A stretch of DNA of 64,000 bases from Blastocladiella emersonii ATCC 22665. Taxonomy: Eukaryota > Fungi > Blastocladiomycota. The DNA lies in the NCBI GenBank assembly GCA_025594325.1, contig JANHCV010000003.1, positions 1,612,001 through 1,676,000 on the forward strand. The letters run 5' to 3'. The translations under genes and the position numbers were made by a program. The notes beneath the pieces are model-generated. The model did not search any database, had not been told where the DNA came from, and worked only from the letters and a program-made list of their open reading frames with translations. Positions within the stretch are counted from its first letter, which is position 1; each line of letters opens with the position of its first letter. This document shows positions 1 to 12,600 of the stretch, one piece after another.

Positions 1-26
1 ATCTTCTAACCATCGCCATCTGTTAG

Positions 27-1244
27 TACTTTATCTGCCGCGGCAAGGTCGAGGTCGTGTCGGACGACCTGCTCGAAGTCTACGACGCCATGGGCGAGGG
101 CACCTTCTTCGGCGAGGTGTCCCTGCTGCTGTCGTGCCCGCGCACCGACAACATCCGCGCGGCGACGCACTGCGACATCCGCGTGCTGTCCAAGCCTGAC
201 CTGGACCAGATCCTCGAGCACTTCCCGGACATGGCCGAGCGCATCTACGCCAAGGCGCAGGAGCGCGTGCGCAAGCACACGATGCGCGCGTCCATCAACT
301 CGCTGACGCCCATGACCGACATCCACGTCTCGGCGTCCCGGTTTGCCGCCGCCGGCGCGTCGCGTAGCTCGGTCGCGATCCCGCACGGCGGCGGCGCCGC
401 CGACTTTATGCGCGCCGCCGCCGCGTCCACGCCGGGCCTCCAACACCACTACCACCACCACGCGGGGCTCGGCATCAACACGAGCACCGGCATGATGCCC
501 ATGAACCCGGGCGCCGCCAAGCTCAGCGGCAGCGACCCGGTGCACCCGGGCGGCGCTGGCGCTATGTCGATGAGCGGCCCGCTCACGCCCGTCCAGCACC
601 CCGCCAACGCGGTCGCCGCCACGGCGTACGTCGGCGGCGGGAACATCCACACGGACCACCTCACGTCCGCGGCGGGGATGCCCACGACCACGTCGCACGG
701 GACAGGTGGCGGCAACATCGGTCTGCCCGGCCAGCACCCGCCCGCGATGCCGTCGGCGCCGCAAGCCGCGAGCACGGAATCGCAGTCGTCGGTCCCCGGC
801 GCCGCGCTGATGATGGGCCTGCTGCGCGGCCGCACCAACGCCGTGTCGGAGACAGTCGGCCGGCGGCCGACGGTGCACGGGTCGGCGACGCAGACATCGG
901 TGGCGTCGTACCACGGGACGCAGGCGTCGCTCGCGGACCCGAGCGGGAACGGGAACGGGCACGGGAGCGGCGGCGGCATGGGCGTCGCGGCTGCGGACGA
1001 CGGGTTGCGGCGCACGTCGTACAGCGCGTACAACTCGACGGCGACGGTGGCCACGTCCGCGACGGTGCCGTCGGCGCTCGCGGGGATCGCGCAGGGCGCG
1101 AACCTCAGCGGGCTCCCGCAGGACCCGGCGCTCCCGGCGCCGCGCCGCGCGCGGCGCGCGTCTGAGCAGGGCGCCAACTTGATCTACGGCCGGCCGAGTA
1201 CCCGCGGCGGACCGGATCCGTTTGGGCCCGCGCGCTTCTTTTGA
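27..1244 (+). CDS. 3' end of a cyclic-nucleotide-binding-domain protein (CNG/HCN-like channel C-terminus) with a long low-complexity tail; 5' end lies outside the window
   Basis: Branch point and acceptor (ctaac...ttag at 6-26), then YFICRGKVEVV...GTFFGEVSLL...PRTDNIRAATHCDIRVLSK, matching the CNBD phosphate-binding cassette. Stop at 1244. Channel identity is inferred because no pore region is in the window. Confidence 0.8.
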   Translation, partial: YFICRGKVEVVSDDLLEVYDAMGEGTFFGEVSLLLSCPRTDNIRAATHCDIRVLSKPDLDQILEHFPDMAERIYAKAQERVRKHTMRASINSLTPMTDIHVSASRFAAAGASRSSVAIPHGGGAADFMRAAAASTPGLQHHYHHHAGLGINTSTGMMPMNPGAAKLSGSDPVHPGGAGAMSMSGPLTPVQHPANAVAATAYVGGGNIHTDHLTSAAGMPTTTSHGTGGGNIGLPGQHPPAMPSAPQAASTESQSSVPGAALMMGLLRGRTNAVSETVGRRPTVHGSATQTSVASYHGTQASLADPSGNGNGHGSGGGMGVAAADDGLRRTSYSAYNSTATVATSATVPSALAGIAQGANLSGLPQDPALPAPRRARRASEQGANLIYGRPSTRGGPDPFGPARFF

Positions 1245-1381
1245 GTAGGACGGTGGTGGGTTGCGCAAGGAAGGAAGGGGGGAATATTTGCTGTTATTCG
1301 CGTATACATTGGTCAGAAACAAAATGGGGGACACGGGGAAGCGAGCGGGAGTCGAGGGAAGGTCGAACTGAGAGCCGACGT

Positions 1382-2605
1382 CTACAGGGTGATGACGGGC
1401 AGCTCCTCGTCGACGGGCATGGGCACCTGGGCGTGGGCCTGGTGCTCGATGCCGAGCAGCTTGGACCAGTGCGCGGCGGCCTGGATGGTGCGGGTGGCCT
1501 TGCGCAGCTTGTCGACGGCGCCGAGCGACTTGGAGTTGGCGCGGATCGCGGGCAGGAGGTCGCTGGGCGTGACGGCGCCGGCAGCCGCCGTGGCAGCGGC
1601 AGCGCCGCCCTTGGGCGGGAGCGAGGCGAGCCACGGGTGGGCGAGAGCCTGGCGGGCGGTCATGCGCTCGTTGGGGTCGAGCTTGAGCAGGCCGCGGATA
1701 AAGTCCTTGGCCACGTCCGAGACGTGGGTCCAGTACTCCTTGGGCTCGAAGGCGTAGTCGGCGCGGATGATGGCCTGGATCTCGTCGACGGTGGTGTTGC
1801 GGTCGAAGGGCGTGTACCCGGACAGGAGGAAGTAGGCGATCACGCCAATGGCCCACATGTCGACGGGCTTGGAGTAGGCGAGGCGCTGGAGAATCTCGGG
1901 CGACATGAAGCCGGGGGTGCCGCAGGTGGTGGTGAGGAGCGGGTACGACTCGGACTCGAGGCAGCGGGCGAGGCCGAAGTCGGCGATGAGCAGGTCGGCG
2001 TCCTCGGCCTCGGTGCGGAACAGGAGGTTCTCGGGCTTGAGGTCGCGGTGCACGATACCCTTGTCGTGGAGGTAGGCGACGGCGTCGACGATGGTACGCA
2101 CGATCATGGCCGCGTCCTGCTCGTAGTAGTGGCCGCGGTTCACGATGCGGTAGAAGAGCTCGCCGCCGCGACACAGGTCCATGACCAGGTACAGGTTGTT
2201 GGACGACTCGAAGTAGTCGACGAGCGAGATGAGGTTCGGGTGGCCCTGCGACACCTGCTTGAGGATGCTGATCTCGTTGAGCACCATGTGCTCGCGGCCC
2301 TTGAGCAGCGCCTTGGAGAATACCTTGATGGCGAAGCTAATGGACGTGAACGGGTGGGTGGGTGGTGAGTCGCGCGGGTGGCGGGTTGGTCGCGCGCGCG
2401 AGGTTGACGCAATCAACGTACGGCTCACCGGTGCGAATGTGGAAGCCCTCCTTGACCTTGGCGTAGGTGCCCTCGCCGAGCACCTTGCCAACCTTGTACT
2501 CGCTGAACGGAGGGGCGAGCGAGCAAGGCATGTGAGTTGGGCGGCGGTGCGATGCCGGCCGAGTCGCAGCAGCGCGTACCAGGGGCGCACAGCGGGATCC
2601 GTCAT
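1382..2605 (-). CDS. CMK1: Ca2+/calmodulin-dependent protein kinase (CaMK1/fungal Cmk-like), 3 exons
   Basis: Spliced product has GKVLGEGTYAKV, FAIK, HRDLKPENLL, DFG, TTCGTPGFMSPE and DMWAIG, followed by a basic amphipathic CaM-binding-like helix (KLRKATRTIQAAAHW). ATG at 2605; GTACG introns. Confidence 0.9.
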   Translation of the reverse strand: MTDPAVRPWYALLRLGRHRTAAQLTCLARSPLRSASTRLARCSARAPTPRSRRASTFAPVSRTLIASTSRARPTRHPRDSPPTHPFTSISFAIKVFSKALLKGREHMVLNEISILKQVSQGHPNLISLVDYFESSNNLYLVMDLCRGGELFYRIVNRGHYYEQDAAMIVRTIVDAVAYLHDKGIVHRDLKPENLLFRTEAEDADLLIADFGLARCLESESYPLLTTTCGTPGFMSPEILQRLAYSKPVDMWAIGVIAYFLLSGYTPFDRNTTVDEIQAIIRADYAFEPKEYWTHVSDVAKDFIRGLLKLDPNERMTARQALAHPWLASLPPKGGAAAATAAAGAVTPSDLLPAIRANSKSLGAVDKLRKATRTIQAAAHWSKLLGIEHQAHAQVPMPVDEELPVITL

Positions 2606-3296
2606 GGTTACTCGTTTCACGGTGCGTGTCTAGACGAAGAACAGCAAGAGCGGCACCGCGCATCGGCGCGGCGTGAGCGACGAGTCCGCGAAGGTGGCGG
2701 CGGGCCAAGCAGCGAGCACGACGCGTTGGAGGCCTCCTCTCACGCCCTCCGCCGGCAGTTGCATAGTGTCGTAGCATACATGGCTGGTCTCGAGTTTGGG
2801 AGGGGAGAGAGAGTCGGGTGGAAGAGGCGGGGCGAGGTGAAAGGCGGCGCGGCGACCTTTTTGACGCGCACGTTTTTTCGTTCCGACCGACCAGCCCGCT
2901 CGCTTTGGAAACCGCGTGCCGACCTCGTCGCCTTCGCCTTCTCTCGCCGGCGACCACGCACCCGGCCGTGAAACAACTCGCCCCGTCCCCATGACGGCGG
3001 GCTTGGTCGTGGCCGCCCAGACAAGGGTGCCTGCGAGGGAGGCGCGTGATGCCCGAGCGAGGGGACCCCTCCCGTGGCCATGGCCATGGTCGCGGGGGCC
3101 ACTCCACATGGCGAGCAAGACCGACTCGAGCTGAACCGGGACGCGACGCTCACGGAGAGACATGGGCAGGTGGATGAGCGCAAGTAATGGGGTGGAATAT
3201 ATTGTTAACTCTTCACATCAGCGGCGAGACACGGCGTGTCTCCAACTTCTTTCTCCTTGTTCTCCTCCTTGTCGACGTGGCCATGACCACCGACAT

Positions 3297-5670
3297 CTAC
3301 TCGTCGTCGAGCTCGGGCGCGTCCATCTCGTCCATGCTGCGGTGCAGCAGCGGCTTGATGGTCGACTCAAAGTACGGGTGCTCCTTGAGCGTCGGGTTGA
3401 GGCGGCGCACCTGGTCAAAGTAGTGCTCGTAGATGTTGCCGTCCTTGCGCCCGAACGGCGAGTTGACCACGTAGTCGGACAGGTTGAAGGCGTCGACGAG
3501 CGGCACCGCGTCGCGCCGCACCTCCTTGAGCAGCGCGTTGACGTGCGCCTGGATCGCGCCAATCTGCGCCGCCGACAGGTACCCGGACTGCAGGAACACG
3601 CCCGCGTTCTCCGACACGGTGTGCGCGCCGTACAGGAGCAGCAGCCGGACGAGCGTCGGGCGCAGCGCCGCGGGCACCGACGCGTCGTCGACGACGGCAT
3701 CGGCGAACCGGTCGAACAGGTACCCGGCGCTGTGCACCTTGGCCGCCATGAACCGCGCGTGCGCGCACTCCTCGTACGCCTTCTCGACGTCCTTGGTCGC
3801 CTTGTACGCGGCCTCGAACTCGAGCGCCGCCTTGTGCACCATGGTCGCGGCAGCCACCGCGAACGCCTCGCGCAGCACCGCGGGCGTCAGCGACTCGGGC
3901 GCCGTGAGCGGGTCCGCGCACTGGCGCGACAGGATGCCCGGGAGCTCGCCGAGGTACGCGATGCCCGTGGGCTTGGGCTTGGCGCCCGTCTTGGCCGCCT
4001 TGGCCGCCGCCGCCACGGCCTCGCGGTAGCTCGACACGAGGTACCGGCCCGACTGCAGCGTGAGGATCGTGTTGTCGCCCTCCCACGTGCACTGCACCGC
4101 CCAGTGCGACGCCATGGCCGAGAGCTCCGTGTAGGAACTGTAGCCGTGGCCGCCGAGCGACTGGCGGCACTGCTCGATAATGTTGAGCGTGGCCCACGTG
4201 CAGTGCGCCTTGAGACCCGCCGACGTGGCGTGCGTGCTCTTGAGCGTCGCCAGCACAGGCGCCATGTCGTCGCCGGGGCGCGCCGACTCGAGCTTGTCCA
4301 TGAGGTCGACGTACATCTTGTCCATCTGGACGCCCGTGAAGTGCATGGCCATGGTCTGCGCGAGCAGCGTCAGGATGCGGTGCTGGTGGATCGTGTAGTC
4401 GAGCAGCTTGGTCTCGTCGGCGGCGCCCGGGCTGGCGAACTGGCGGCGGATCGCCGCGTACCGCGTGGCAATCGTCAGGGCCTTCTTGGCCGTGTTGCCC
4501 GAGTCGACGACCATGGCAACGCGGCCCTGGATCAGCGCGCCGTACGCGAGCTGCGCCATGGGCGGGTCCACGACCGTGCCGTCGCGCAGCACCTTGGAGT
4601 ACTTCATGAGCATGTACGACCGCGGAATGCGCACGTTGGTGAACTGGATGTAGCCGCTACGCGAGGTCGTGGGAGAAGGGTTAGTGCTCGTCGAGAGAAC
4701 TCGCGAAGCGAGAAAACGTACTTGTCGATGCCGTCACGGCCCATCTTCTTGCCAATGTCGCCAATGGTGATGCCGGGCAGCAGCTTGAAGGTCTTGGGGT
4801 CGCGGAGGGGCACGACAAACACCTTGACGCCGTGGCGCTTGCCGTTGACGATCAGCTGCGCGTACACGGCCGCGTGTGTCGCGGACTGGGCGGCGCCGCC
4901 TACAGAGAGCGGGTATCAGCCAAGTTCGCGTAGAGCAACGAGGAGGACGATAAAAACCAATCCACCACTTCGAACTCGCGGTTATTGAAGGGGAGATGCG
5001 TTAGTAAGTGTCGGGAACCGAGTTGACGACGTGGGAGACATACGCAGTGATCGAAGGCGTGTGGACGATGAACTCGTCCGAGGCAGCGTCGAAGGTCGAG
5101 ATCGTCTCGAGGCCCTGGACGTAGGAGCCGTGGCCGAGCTCGGTCATGGCAAAGCAGCCGTACATGCCGTTGACGGTCAGGGCGCCCTTGGAGACCCAGA
5201 AGGCCATCTGCGAGGACGTCGCCTGCGACTGCAGGGCGCCGAAGAAGAGGCCGTAGTGCACGCCGAGACGGGTCCAGTAGGCTGGGTCGACGAGCGAGAT
5301 GGTGTTCATGCGCTGGCGGAAGATGTGCACGGGCTCGTTGGCGAGGTAGTGGAGAATGCTGCGGTTTTTGGCCATGGTGCGCTCGCGGACCTCAGCCAGC
5401 GACAGGTTGGCCGAGTCGTCCATGCGCCACAGCGGGTCGCGTTCGAGGTCGAGCATGAACTTCTCCTTGAGCTATACGGCGGCGAGGGGTCGGGTCAGTC
5501 TCGCCGGCCGCGAGCCCAACCCAGCAGCGACGGCCACGCACCGCGGTAGCCTCGGGACTGCCGTCGAGGAAGTGGGTCATCTCGCGGACCGGGAAGCGCG
5601 GGTTGACGCGCTCCTCGGCGAGCGACTGCATCTCCTTGTTGAGCGGCGTGTAGTAGGGCTTTGCGTCCAT
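3297..5670 (-). CDS. POX1: Peroxisomal acyl-CoA oxidase, multi-exon
   Basis: [52 protein letters not shown] and LVDAFNLSD...SPFGRKDG motifs across ORFs 5392-5670, 5001-5456, 4604-4867 and 3297-4634. Confidence 0.93.
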
Positions 5671-6142
5671 GGTGAGCGTGCGTCGAGTCGGCGGTGCGTG
5701 CGCGGTGTGGGCGGGCAGCAGCGATCAAGGGAGAGCGGAAGGGTTGCAAGGGGACCCGACCGAATTTATAGTCGGTCGCCCGTGGGGCGCCGATGAAAAG
5801 ACTTTTCGGATCGCTCTCGGGCCAGCGCCGTGAAAACTGGGCGACGCGTTTCTCTTCGTCTCACGCGACCAGGGCATCCACGCGAACTGACGTCACTCGT
5901 GGCGGTGGCTCAAACCGCATGACCACCGCGATCACGAAGCTCATCAGCGGGCGCGTGTCCTTGACCTTCGCGGCGGCTTAGGGACCACACCTCGCGGAGC
6001 GTAAGTAGCTGTGGTTTCCAGCGAGCCGTCATAGTCATGGCTTACCAAGCGCACGTTTCGCATGCTCGCGACGGTGCGACACGCCAGCCGACCGGCTGGT
6101 CGCGACCGTGACCTAACAAATACTCTGTATCTCACACCAAGC

Positions 6143-9100
6143 TCACTGCCGCTCCACGCGCACAACAATAGGAACGCGAACCACGAGCTTGAACTCGGTC
6201 CCATCGCCGGAGTTGACCCGCGGCATGCGCTGCTCAACCGACCCGCCCAAGCGCGCGGTCATCTGCGTTAGCGCCGCGAACGTGAGCGCCACGTTGCCGA
6301 ACCGCGCGCCGCGCGAGCCGAGCGACAGGTCGAGGTCTTGGTACTGCTCCGAGCCAGCAGCGTTAGTGGCCGCGGACGCGTCGCCGCCACCCGATGGGGG
6401 CCGGATCGTGATGCACCCGGGCGCGACGCGGCTGATCATCACCGACAGACTGACTTCGAGGGGCGCCGTGGACGAGTCGCTCCGCAACGAACGCGAGTGG
6501 CGCGGTGCGAGACTCGAGTCCCACGGAGTTGCTGGCGTCGGCTGGTTGATTGGCGGACCCATGGGATCTTCGGCGGGCACGACTGTCATGAGTACGAGCC
6601 AGCGTGCGAGCGGAAGCGACGCGCCGACCCCGACGGCGACCGTCTTGGCTAGTACGGCGCGAAGCCCGGTGCCCGCGTCCGAGTCGAGGAACCGCGCGGC
6701 AGCCACGGACTGCTGCGCGTCGAGACCGTCCAGCTGCATGTCGTTAAGGATCGCGAGCTGCTTGGCCTGCACCATCGGCCGGCGCTGATCGAGAGCGGCG
6801 TCGATGATGCGGGCGAAGCACAGCCTCGAGTGGTTGAGCGGGACCGCCGACTCTAGGCGAAGCGAGTGCGTCAGCAGCGGGCGGAATAGCGATGCCAGCG
6901 AACCCGGCCACGTCGTCAAGCATGGCCTTCATGTGCCGCGCCGCCTCGCTCGCGTCCGCCAGCTCGCCGACGCGACCTCGCTCCTCGAGCAGCTCGTCGG
7001 CGTTCGACAGGTCCGTGACCATATCGCACGCGAGGTCGGCGACGCTGCCCAGAATGAAGCCAAGTAGCCGATCACGCGCTTGGGCTGCCTCCGTCGCGCA
7101 TCGGCCAAGCGCGGCCGCGACGCGGACGTGCTCGACCTGGTCCGAAATATCGTGGAAGAGGATGATCTGCGCAAACTCGTCGGCGACCGTGTGCCGCGAC
7201 ATGACCTCGTGGGCGGCAGCGGGACCGTGCACCGTGACCACGGGCGAGACGGTCCATGGCCGCGCCGAGTTGCGCTGATGCTGGTCGACAATCTCGCTCG
7301 CCTCGACGATGCTGATCGAGAGCTGGACGGGAAGCGTCGACCCATCACTGCGTCGCACCGTGCCCTCGCGTGTACCGGGCTCAAGTGGGAGCGATCGAGG
7401 CGGGGCAAGCGTGGTGCTGCTGCGCGAAGAGCTCAGAGTCGAGGAGCTCGTGGCTGACGCGATGGTAGTCGAAGTCGAGCGCGAGCGCGAGTCCGAAGAA
7501 GTTGATTGAGAGGACGCGGGAGAGAGGTGAAAGGGAGGAGGCTGGCCGCCGTCATTGCTCACAACGAGCAAGGCCGAGACGTGCATCTGGTTCAGCTCGG
7601 CCATGCAGTAGCTCGTGATCTCCATGGTCGCATCGTTGACGCCGATAATCCGGCCGTCTGAGTCGAGCAGGACCATGGCATCGGGAATCGCCTGCGTGAT
7701 AGCCTTCGAGTACTCCTGCAACGTCCCCAGAAGTCGCTCCTGCACGCGGAGCTGGTGCAGGGTCTGCTGCGAGACAATGACGCGCTTGAGGCCGCGACGC
7801 GCGAGCTCGGCCATGAGCACAAACGACGCAAGAACCACGCCGAAGAGAACCCACGACCAGGTGGTACGGAAGCGCGCGCGATACGGTCGAGACGGCGTGC
7901 ACTCGGCGGTCCACGGCGACTCGTTAACCGCGTGGAACGGGAGAACGTAGCGGTCGCTGGCAACGAGGTCAGCCGGGTCCGTCGGTCCGTAAGTGAAGAC
8001 TTTCTCATTTGTCTGCGGATAGACGATGCGAAGGGCCGCCTCGGTTTGTGTCGGCACGCCGCGCGTATGGTCCAATACTTCGGTAAAGAGGTCACTGAGG
8101 AGCATGGACACGGCGACGAACCAGTGCGTGAACGGAGTGAGCGTCGTCGCCACCGGTCGCGGGCGGGCGGCCAGGAACGCGATCATGCCGATCTGATTGA
8201 TGTCGACGAGGAGGACGGGCGGCGTGATGGCCCATACTCGAGTGCGATTCGTTTCAAGCACGGCCCGACGTCGAGCAAGCGACGACATGATGTTCATGCC
8301 CACAATCGACAGAGTGAAGCGGGCCTCCGGGAATCTAGACGTCACGGTCGGGTCACGGCGTACAGTGAGTTCGAGGCGTCGGTCGAGCTGCGGTTGTTTG
8401 ATCCCACTAATTCAAGGACGAACGTACATGATCGGGAGCGGGAGGGCGACTTGATCATGAGCGACAAGCGAGGAGTCGTTGTTCCAAAACCGCTTGCCGT
8501 AGACAGACTCAAAGAGCGGGACCTGGCTCGGCGCAATCACGGGCATCATGGCGACGCTAAAGGTGATGCTCGGATTGAAGGACGAGCGCTTGATGAACCG
8601 AATGAACGTATCTACAAATTGCTCGAGTCCGGTTCGGGATGAGTTCATGCGCTTCGTGCTTAAGGACCGTAAAGGTCGCGCACCGTTGGTCACCTCGGAG
8701 CTCGAGGTCGTGAAAGCGGCCACATTCTCAACGTATTGCTTGAGGCGGACCTGCAATACCGTCTCGAGCGACCGGACACTAAGCTGGCATTGCGTGCGAA
8801 AGTCGCGCTGGAAGGTGCGCGTCTCGACACCGTTGAACCAAAGTAGCAGGCCGAGCACAGCGCCTAGCGACGCGGAGTGAGGCATCATCGTATAACACTT
8901 CCCGCACTGCACCTTGACAGCGTACCGATACCGATCAAGGCGATGATGATCCCGACAATCAGCGGCAGCCAGTTCGAGGAGCGGACATTAGACCGTGCGA
9001 GAAGCTTCAAGACCCACGACTTGCCGGCATGCGAATCCACGCTCACGGCGTGCGCGCGAAACGGTGGCGGCCGCTGCCAGGACATGCGCATGTCGTTGTG

Positions 9101-9469
9101 GCTGAGAATCGTTTCGTTCAGGGCAAGGTCATGGTCGGTCGGCAGAGGCATCGGGTCGGGACTGATCCGCCACGTATACGCGCTGCCCTCGCCGCCGTCC
9201 ATGACAGGAACTCGCGCTGGCGCAGTCCGCGGAGCAGCTCTGGGAACCGCACACTGCACCGACGGCGAGCCCATGCGCTCGCGTGAACTCTCAGTCTGGA
9301 TGAAGCGAGAGAGCCGAGGAGCGTGCCGTGGAAGTGGTTCCATCGACGGGGACGTGGGCGGCGACCGGCCACCGATCAGCGGTGCGTCGCTCGCTGTACT
9401 CGGCGACGGCGCGTCGCTGGCGAGCGGGTCGTACAGCCGCCGCATACTCCCAGTTGCATGATGATTCAT
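6143..9469 (-). CDS. TM-CHASE-TM-PAS-degenerate histidine kinase-like receptor (no phospho-His, no receiver domain); apparent +1 frameshift near 6811
   Basis: Spliced TM1 is WLPLIVGIIIALIGIGAVLGLLLWF. The CHASE-like part reads SSEVTNDTFIRF...PLFE..G and PIIFPE...IVGMNIMSSLARRRAV...ITPPVLLV...GMIAF. TM2 is WSWVLFGVVLASFVL. PAS/PAC reads IPDAMVLLDSDGRIIGVN...VRRSDGSTLPVQLS...FHDISDQ. The HATPase-like end is LGGSVEQ...GDGTEFKLVVRVP. Confidence 0.72.
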
Positions 9470-9688
9470 TGGCTTACGTCGACGCTTTCATTGTGGCAAG
9501 GGACCGTGCCGAGCCTGCCTTGAGGTGCTCGAGTGAGAACTCGCGCAAGCCCCCTTGCACGCGGTGGCGCGACGCGTCTTCGCCACCGCAAAGTCGCTCC
9601 GGCCTCAGCCCGTTGCGTCGCTCGTCCCCCTCCGTATCAAAAAAGTGTCGACAGCAAACACAGAATTCATCAACAAACAGTCGGACCC

Positions 9689-12600
9689 TTACTTGGCCTT
9701 CTTGGCCTTCTCCTCCTCCTCCTCGCGCAGGGCCTCGCGGAGCACGCGCAGGAACACCTCCTCGAGCGACGTCTGCGACAGGCCCCACGACTCGATCATG
9801 GGCTTGACCTGCTCGCTCTCGAGGACCGTGACAAAGGCGGGGACGCGCGGCGTGAACGACTGGGGCACGCGGTAGATGAGGGCGCCGCCGCTGTCGTCCT
9901 CGAGCTCGGCCTCGGGCACCTGCTGCTTGACCAGGTTCTTGACCGTCTCGAGGTGCTGCTTGTGGGTGGTGAGAGCAATGCGGTAGCCGATGCCGAACTT
10001 GGACTTGAGGCGCGTCGAGCTGCCCAGCGCGAACATGCGCCCGTTGACCATGATCCCGACGCGGTCGCTCAGCACCTACATCGGGGTCGTTAGTATGCGA
10101 TTTGAGCCCGTGTCGTTTAGATGCGAGTGCCTCCGTCTCCTCCATCGAATGAGTGGTCAAAAGTGTGATCCGACCCTTCTTGAAGTTCTCAAGGAAGGTC
10201 CACACGTGGCGGCGGTTGCGCGAGTCCATGCCTACACACGCGGGGCGCGGTGTCAGCGTCTGCGCATCGCGCTGGAGCAGCAGACAGAGCGTACCGGTCG
10301 TCGGCTCGTCGAGGAGGAGGATGCGCGGGTCACCGATGGTCGCAATCACGACGCTGAGGCGCCGCTTCATGCCGCCCGAGAAGGTGCCCGACGGCTGGTC
10401 CTTGACCTTCCACAGGCGCACGGCCTCGAGGCGCTCGCGGCAGATGAGCTCGATCTCGCGCTGCGACAGGTGCTTAAGGCCGCCGTACAGCTCGATGTGC
10501 TCGATGGGCGTCAGCTCGTCGAACAGGATGTCGTGCTGCGGGCAAATGCCCATCATCTCGCGGATCTGGTCCATGTCGTCGGTCACGCTGCAGCCGAAAA
10601 TGGTCGCGTCGCCCGCGGTGGGCGGGGTGAGGCCGGCGAGGATCGAAGTCGTTGCTACACAACTCCAACGTGAGCCGACAACCCCTGATATCATCAAACA
10701 CGTAGAAAAATGCCCAACTCGACTTGCCCGCGCCGTTGCGGCCCAGTAAAGCGAACAGGGTGCCCTCCTCGAGCGTCAGACAGAGCGACTTGACCGCGAC
10801 CTTGTCGAGCTTCGATGCGCCGAAGAGGTTGTTGCGGTAGATCTTGCGCAGGTTGCCGATCCGCAGCGCCGGGCTGATGTCTATTCATGCCGTGGATTAG
10901 TTTTCTCGAAAGTGTGGTGAGGTAGGGGGTGCGAAAGAAAAACGTACTCTTGTCAAACGCGACCTTGCGCTCAGCCGCGACGTCGTCGTCCTCGCGGTCG
11001 CACTTGAACTCGGGCTTGTCGCCGAGCGGCTGGTTGCGGTCGATAAAGTCCTGGAGCACCTTGTCCGAGGCCTTGCGCACGCCCCAGTAGCTGGGCTGCA
11101 GGAAGAAGACGGGCGAGTACGCGCGGCCGTACTCGTCCGGGATCACCTTGTCGAGGTACCACGCGAGCACGCCGTAGATGGCGATGTTCATGAGCATGAG
11201 GTACAGCGACGTCGCGGGGACCGGTACGTCGGGGACACGCGCGTCCGACCCGTACACGGGCAGCGACGCCTGCGGGATCTTGTCGTACAGCGCGCTGAAC
11301 GGGAATCCCGGACCAGGCGTGTTGGTGTTGGTCTACACATGACACGGGTACGAGGAATGAGCGATGAACGCGCCAAGTGACGCGAGTCGGACGAGAGCGC
11401 GTACCAGGACGTCGAACTTGCCCGTGGTCATGATCGAGATGTCGAGGTACAACCGCCCAAAGTTGAAGAACGGCAGGTGCATCAGGACGTAGTAGAAACC
11501 CGGGCTGGTGCCCGAGTCATACCAGATGTACCCAATGTAGCCCGACGAGAAGGCAAACGACTCGAACAGCAGGCCGATGATGAACACGAAGATGCCGATC
11601 AGGACCGCGACGCGGGCGCGGCGGCAAAACGTCGTGATGAAGAAGGCGAAGGCGACCATGGACAGCCCGAACAGGAAGAAGAGCAGGAACATGACGCCGA
11701 ACGCCGTGCCCGAGAAGGCCGTGAAGCCGCAGATCAGACCCATGACGGGCGTGACGATGGCAGCCACGGCGACGAGCAGCGCCTGCGTGACAAAGGTCGA
11801 GACCCAGAACACGGACGCCTTGAGGCCCATGGTCGCCATGGCGTGGCGCAGCAGCGTCTCCTTTTCGTTGACGACGGTCTGCAGCACCGAGATGAAGATG
11901 ACCTGGAGGCGTGCAGTGGGAGTTAGTGGACCATCGCCGCACTCGCCTTAGCGAGGAGCCGTACCATGACGCTGCAGAAGAAGAACATGGGGCCGAGGTT
12001 CGAGACGAGCGTGTCGGGGACGTAGTCGGGGGCGACCGTGGGCCAGTCCTTGACGTCAATGTCGATAAAGTTGGCGTTGGCGGGGCCGGCGATTCCCGGG
12101 AACGAGGCCGGGTCGGCCGTCGCGTTGGGCGTGGCGGCCACGGCGATAATGGCCTCGTCGAGCGCGCGCTGCATGGCGAGGACCTGGCCGTCGTAGATGT
12201 CGGATCCGTTGAGCGCCTGCGTGGTGTTGTACCAAAGCTGGTACTTGGCGGCGGGGAGGGTGGCCTGGAAGTGGACGCCGAACTGGGTCGAGTTGGGATT
12301 CTGCAGGACGTAGTCGTAGATGAAGTCTGCGCTCGGGACGGCGACGATGCCGACCTGACTCGAGGGCGGGGCGAGCGACGACAGCGGCTGCGCGGCGAGC
12401 TCGAGCGGGGCGAGCCCGGTGCGGGCGGCGTTCTTGGCGGCCATGGTGCGCATGACGAGGCGCGTCGCGTCGTTGTCGGGCGTGTACATGACCGTGATGC
12501 AGGGCCCCGCCGGCGTCGCGCCCTGGCACCGCACGACGCCCGAGAGCGGGTACGCCTTGGGGTTGAGCGTCTCGCGCTTCTGGCGTGCCGTGTACAGCGA

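Noticed and set aside
3297-3340. Acyl-CoA oxidase lacking a C-terminal PTS1
   Set aside because: Fungal Pox1 is known to be imported without a canonical PTS1, so this is not unusual.
5944-6143. Hidden receiver-domain exon downstream of the CHASE receptor
   Set aside because: The only candidate intron is 34 nt, and the downstream frame has no REC motifs (acidic pair, phospho-Asp, KP).
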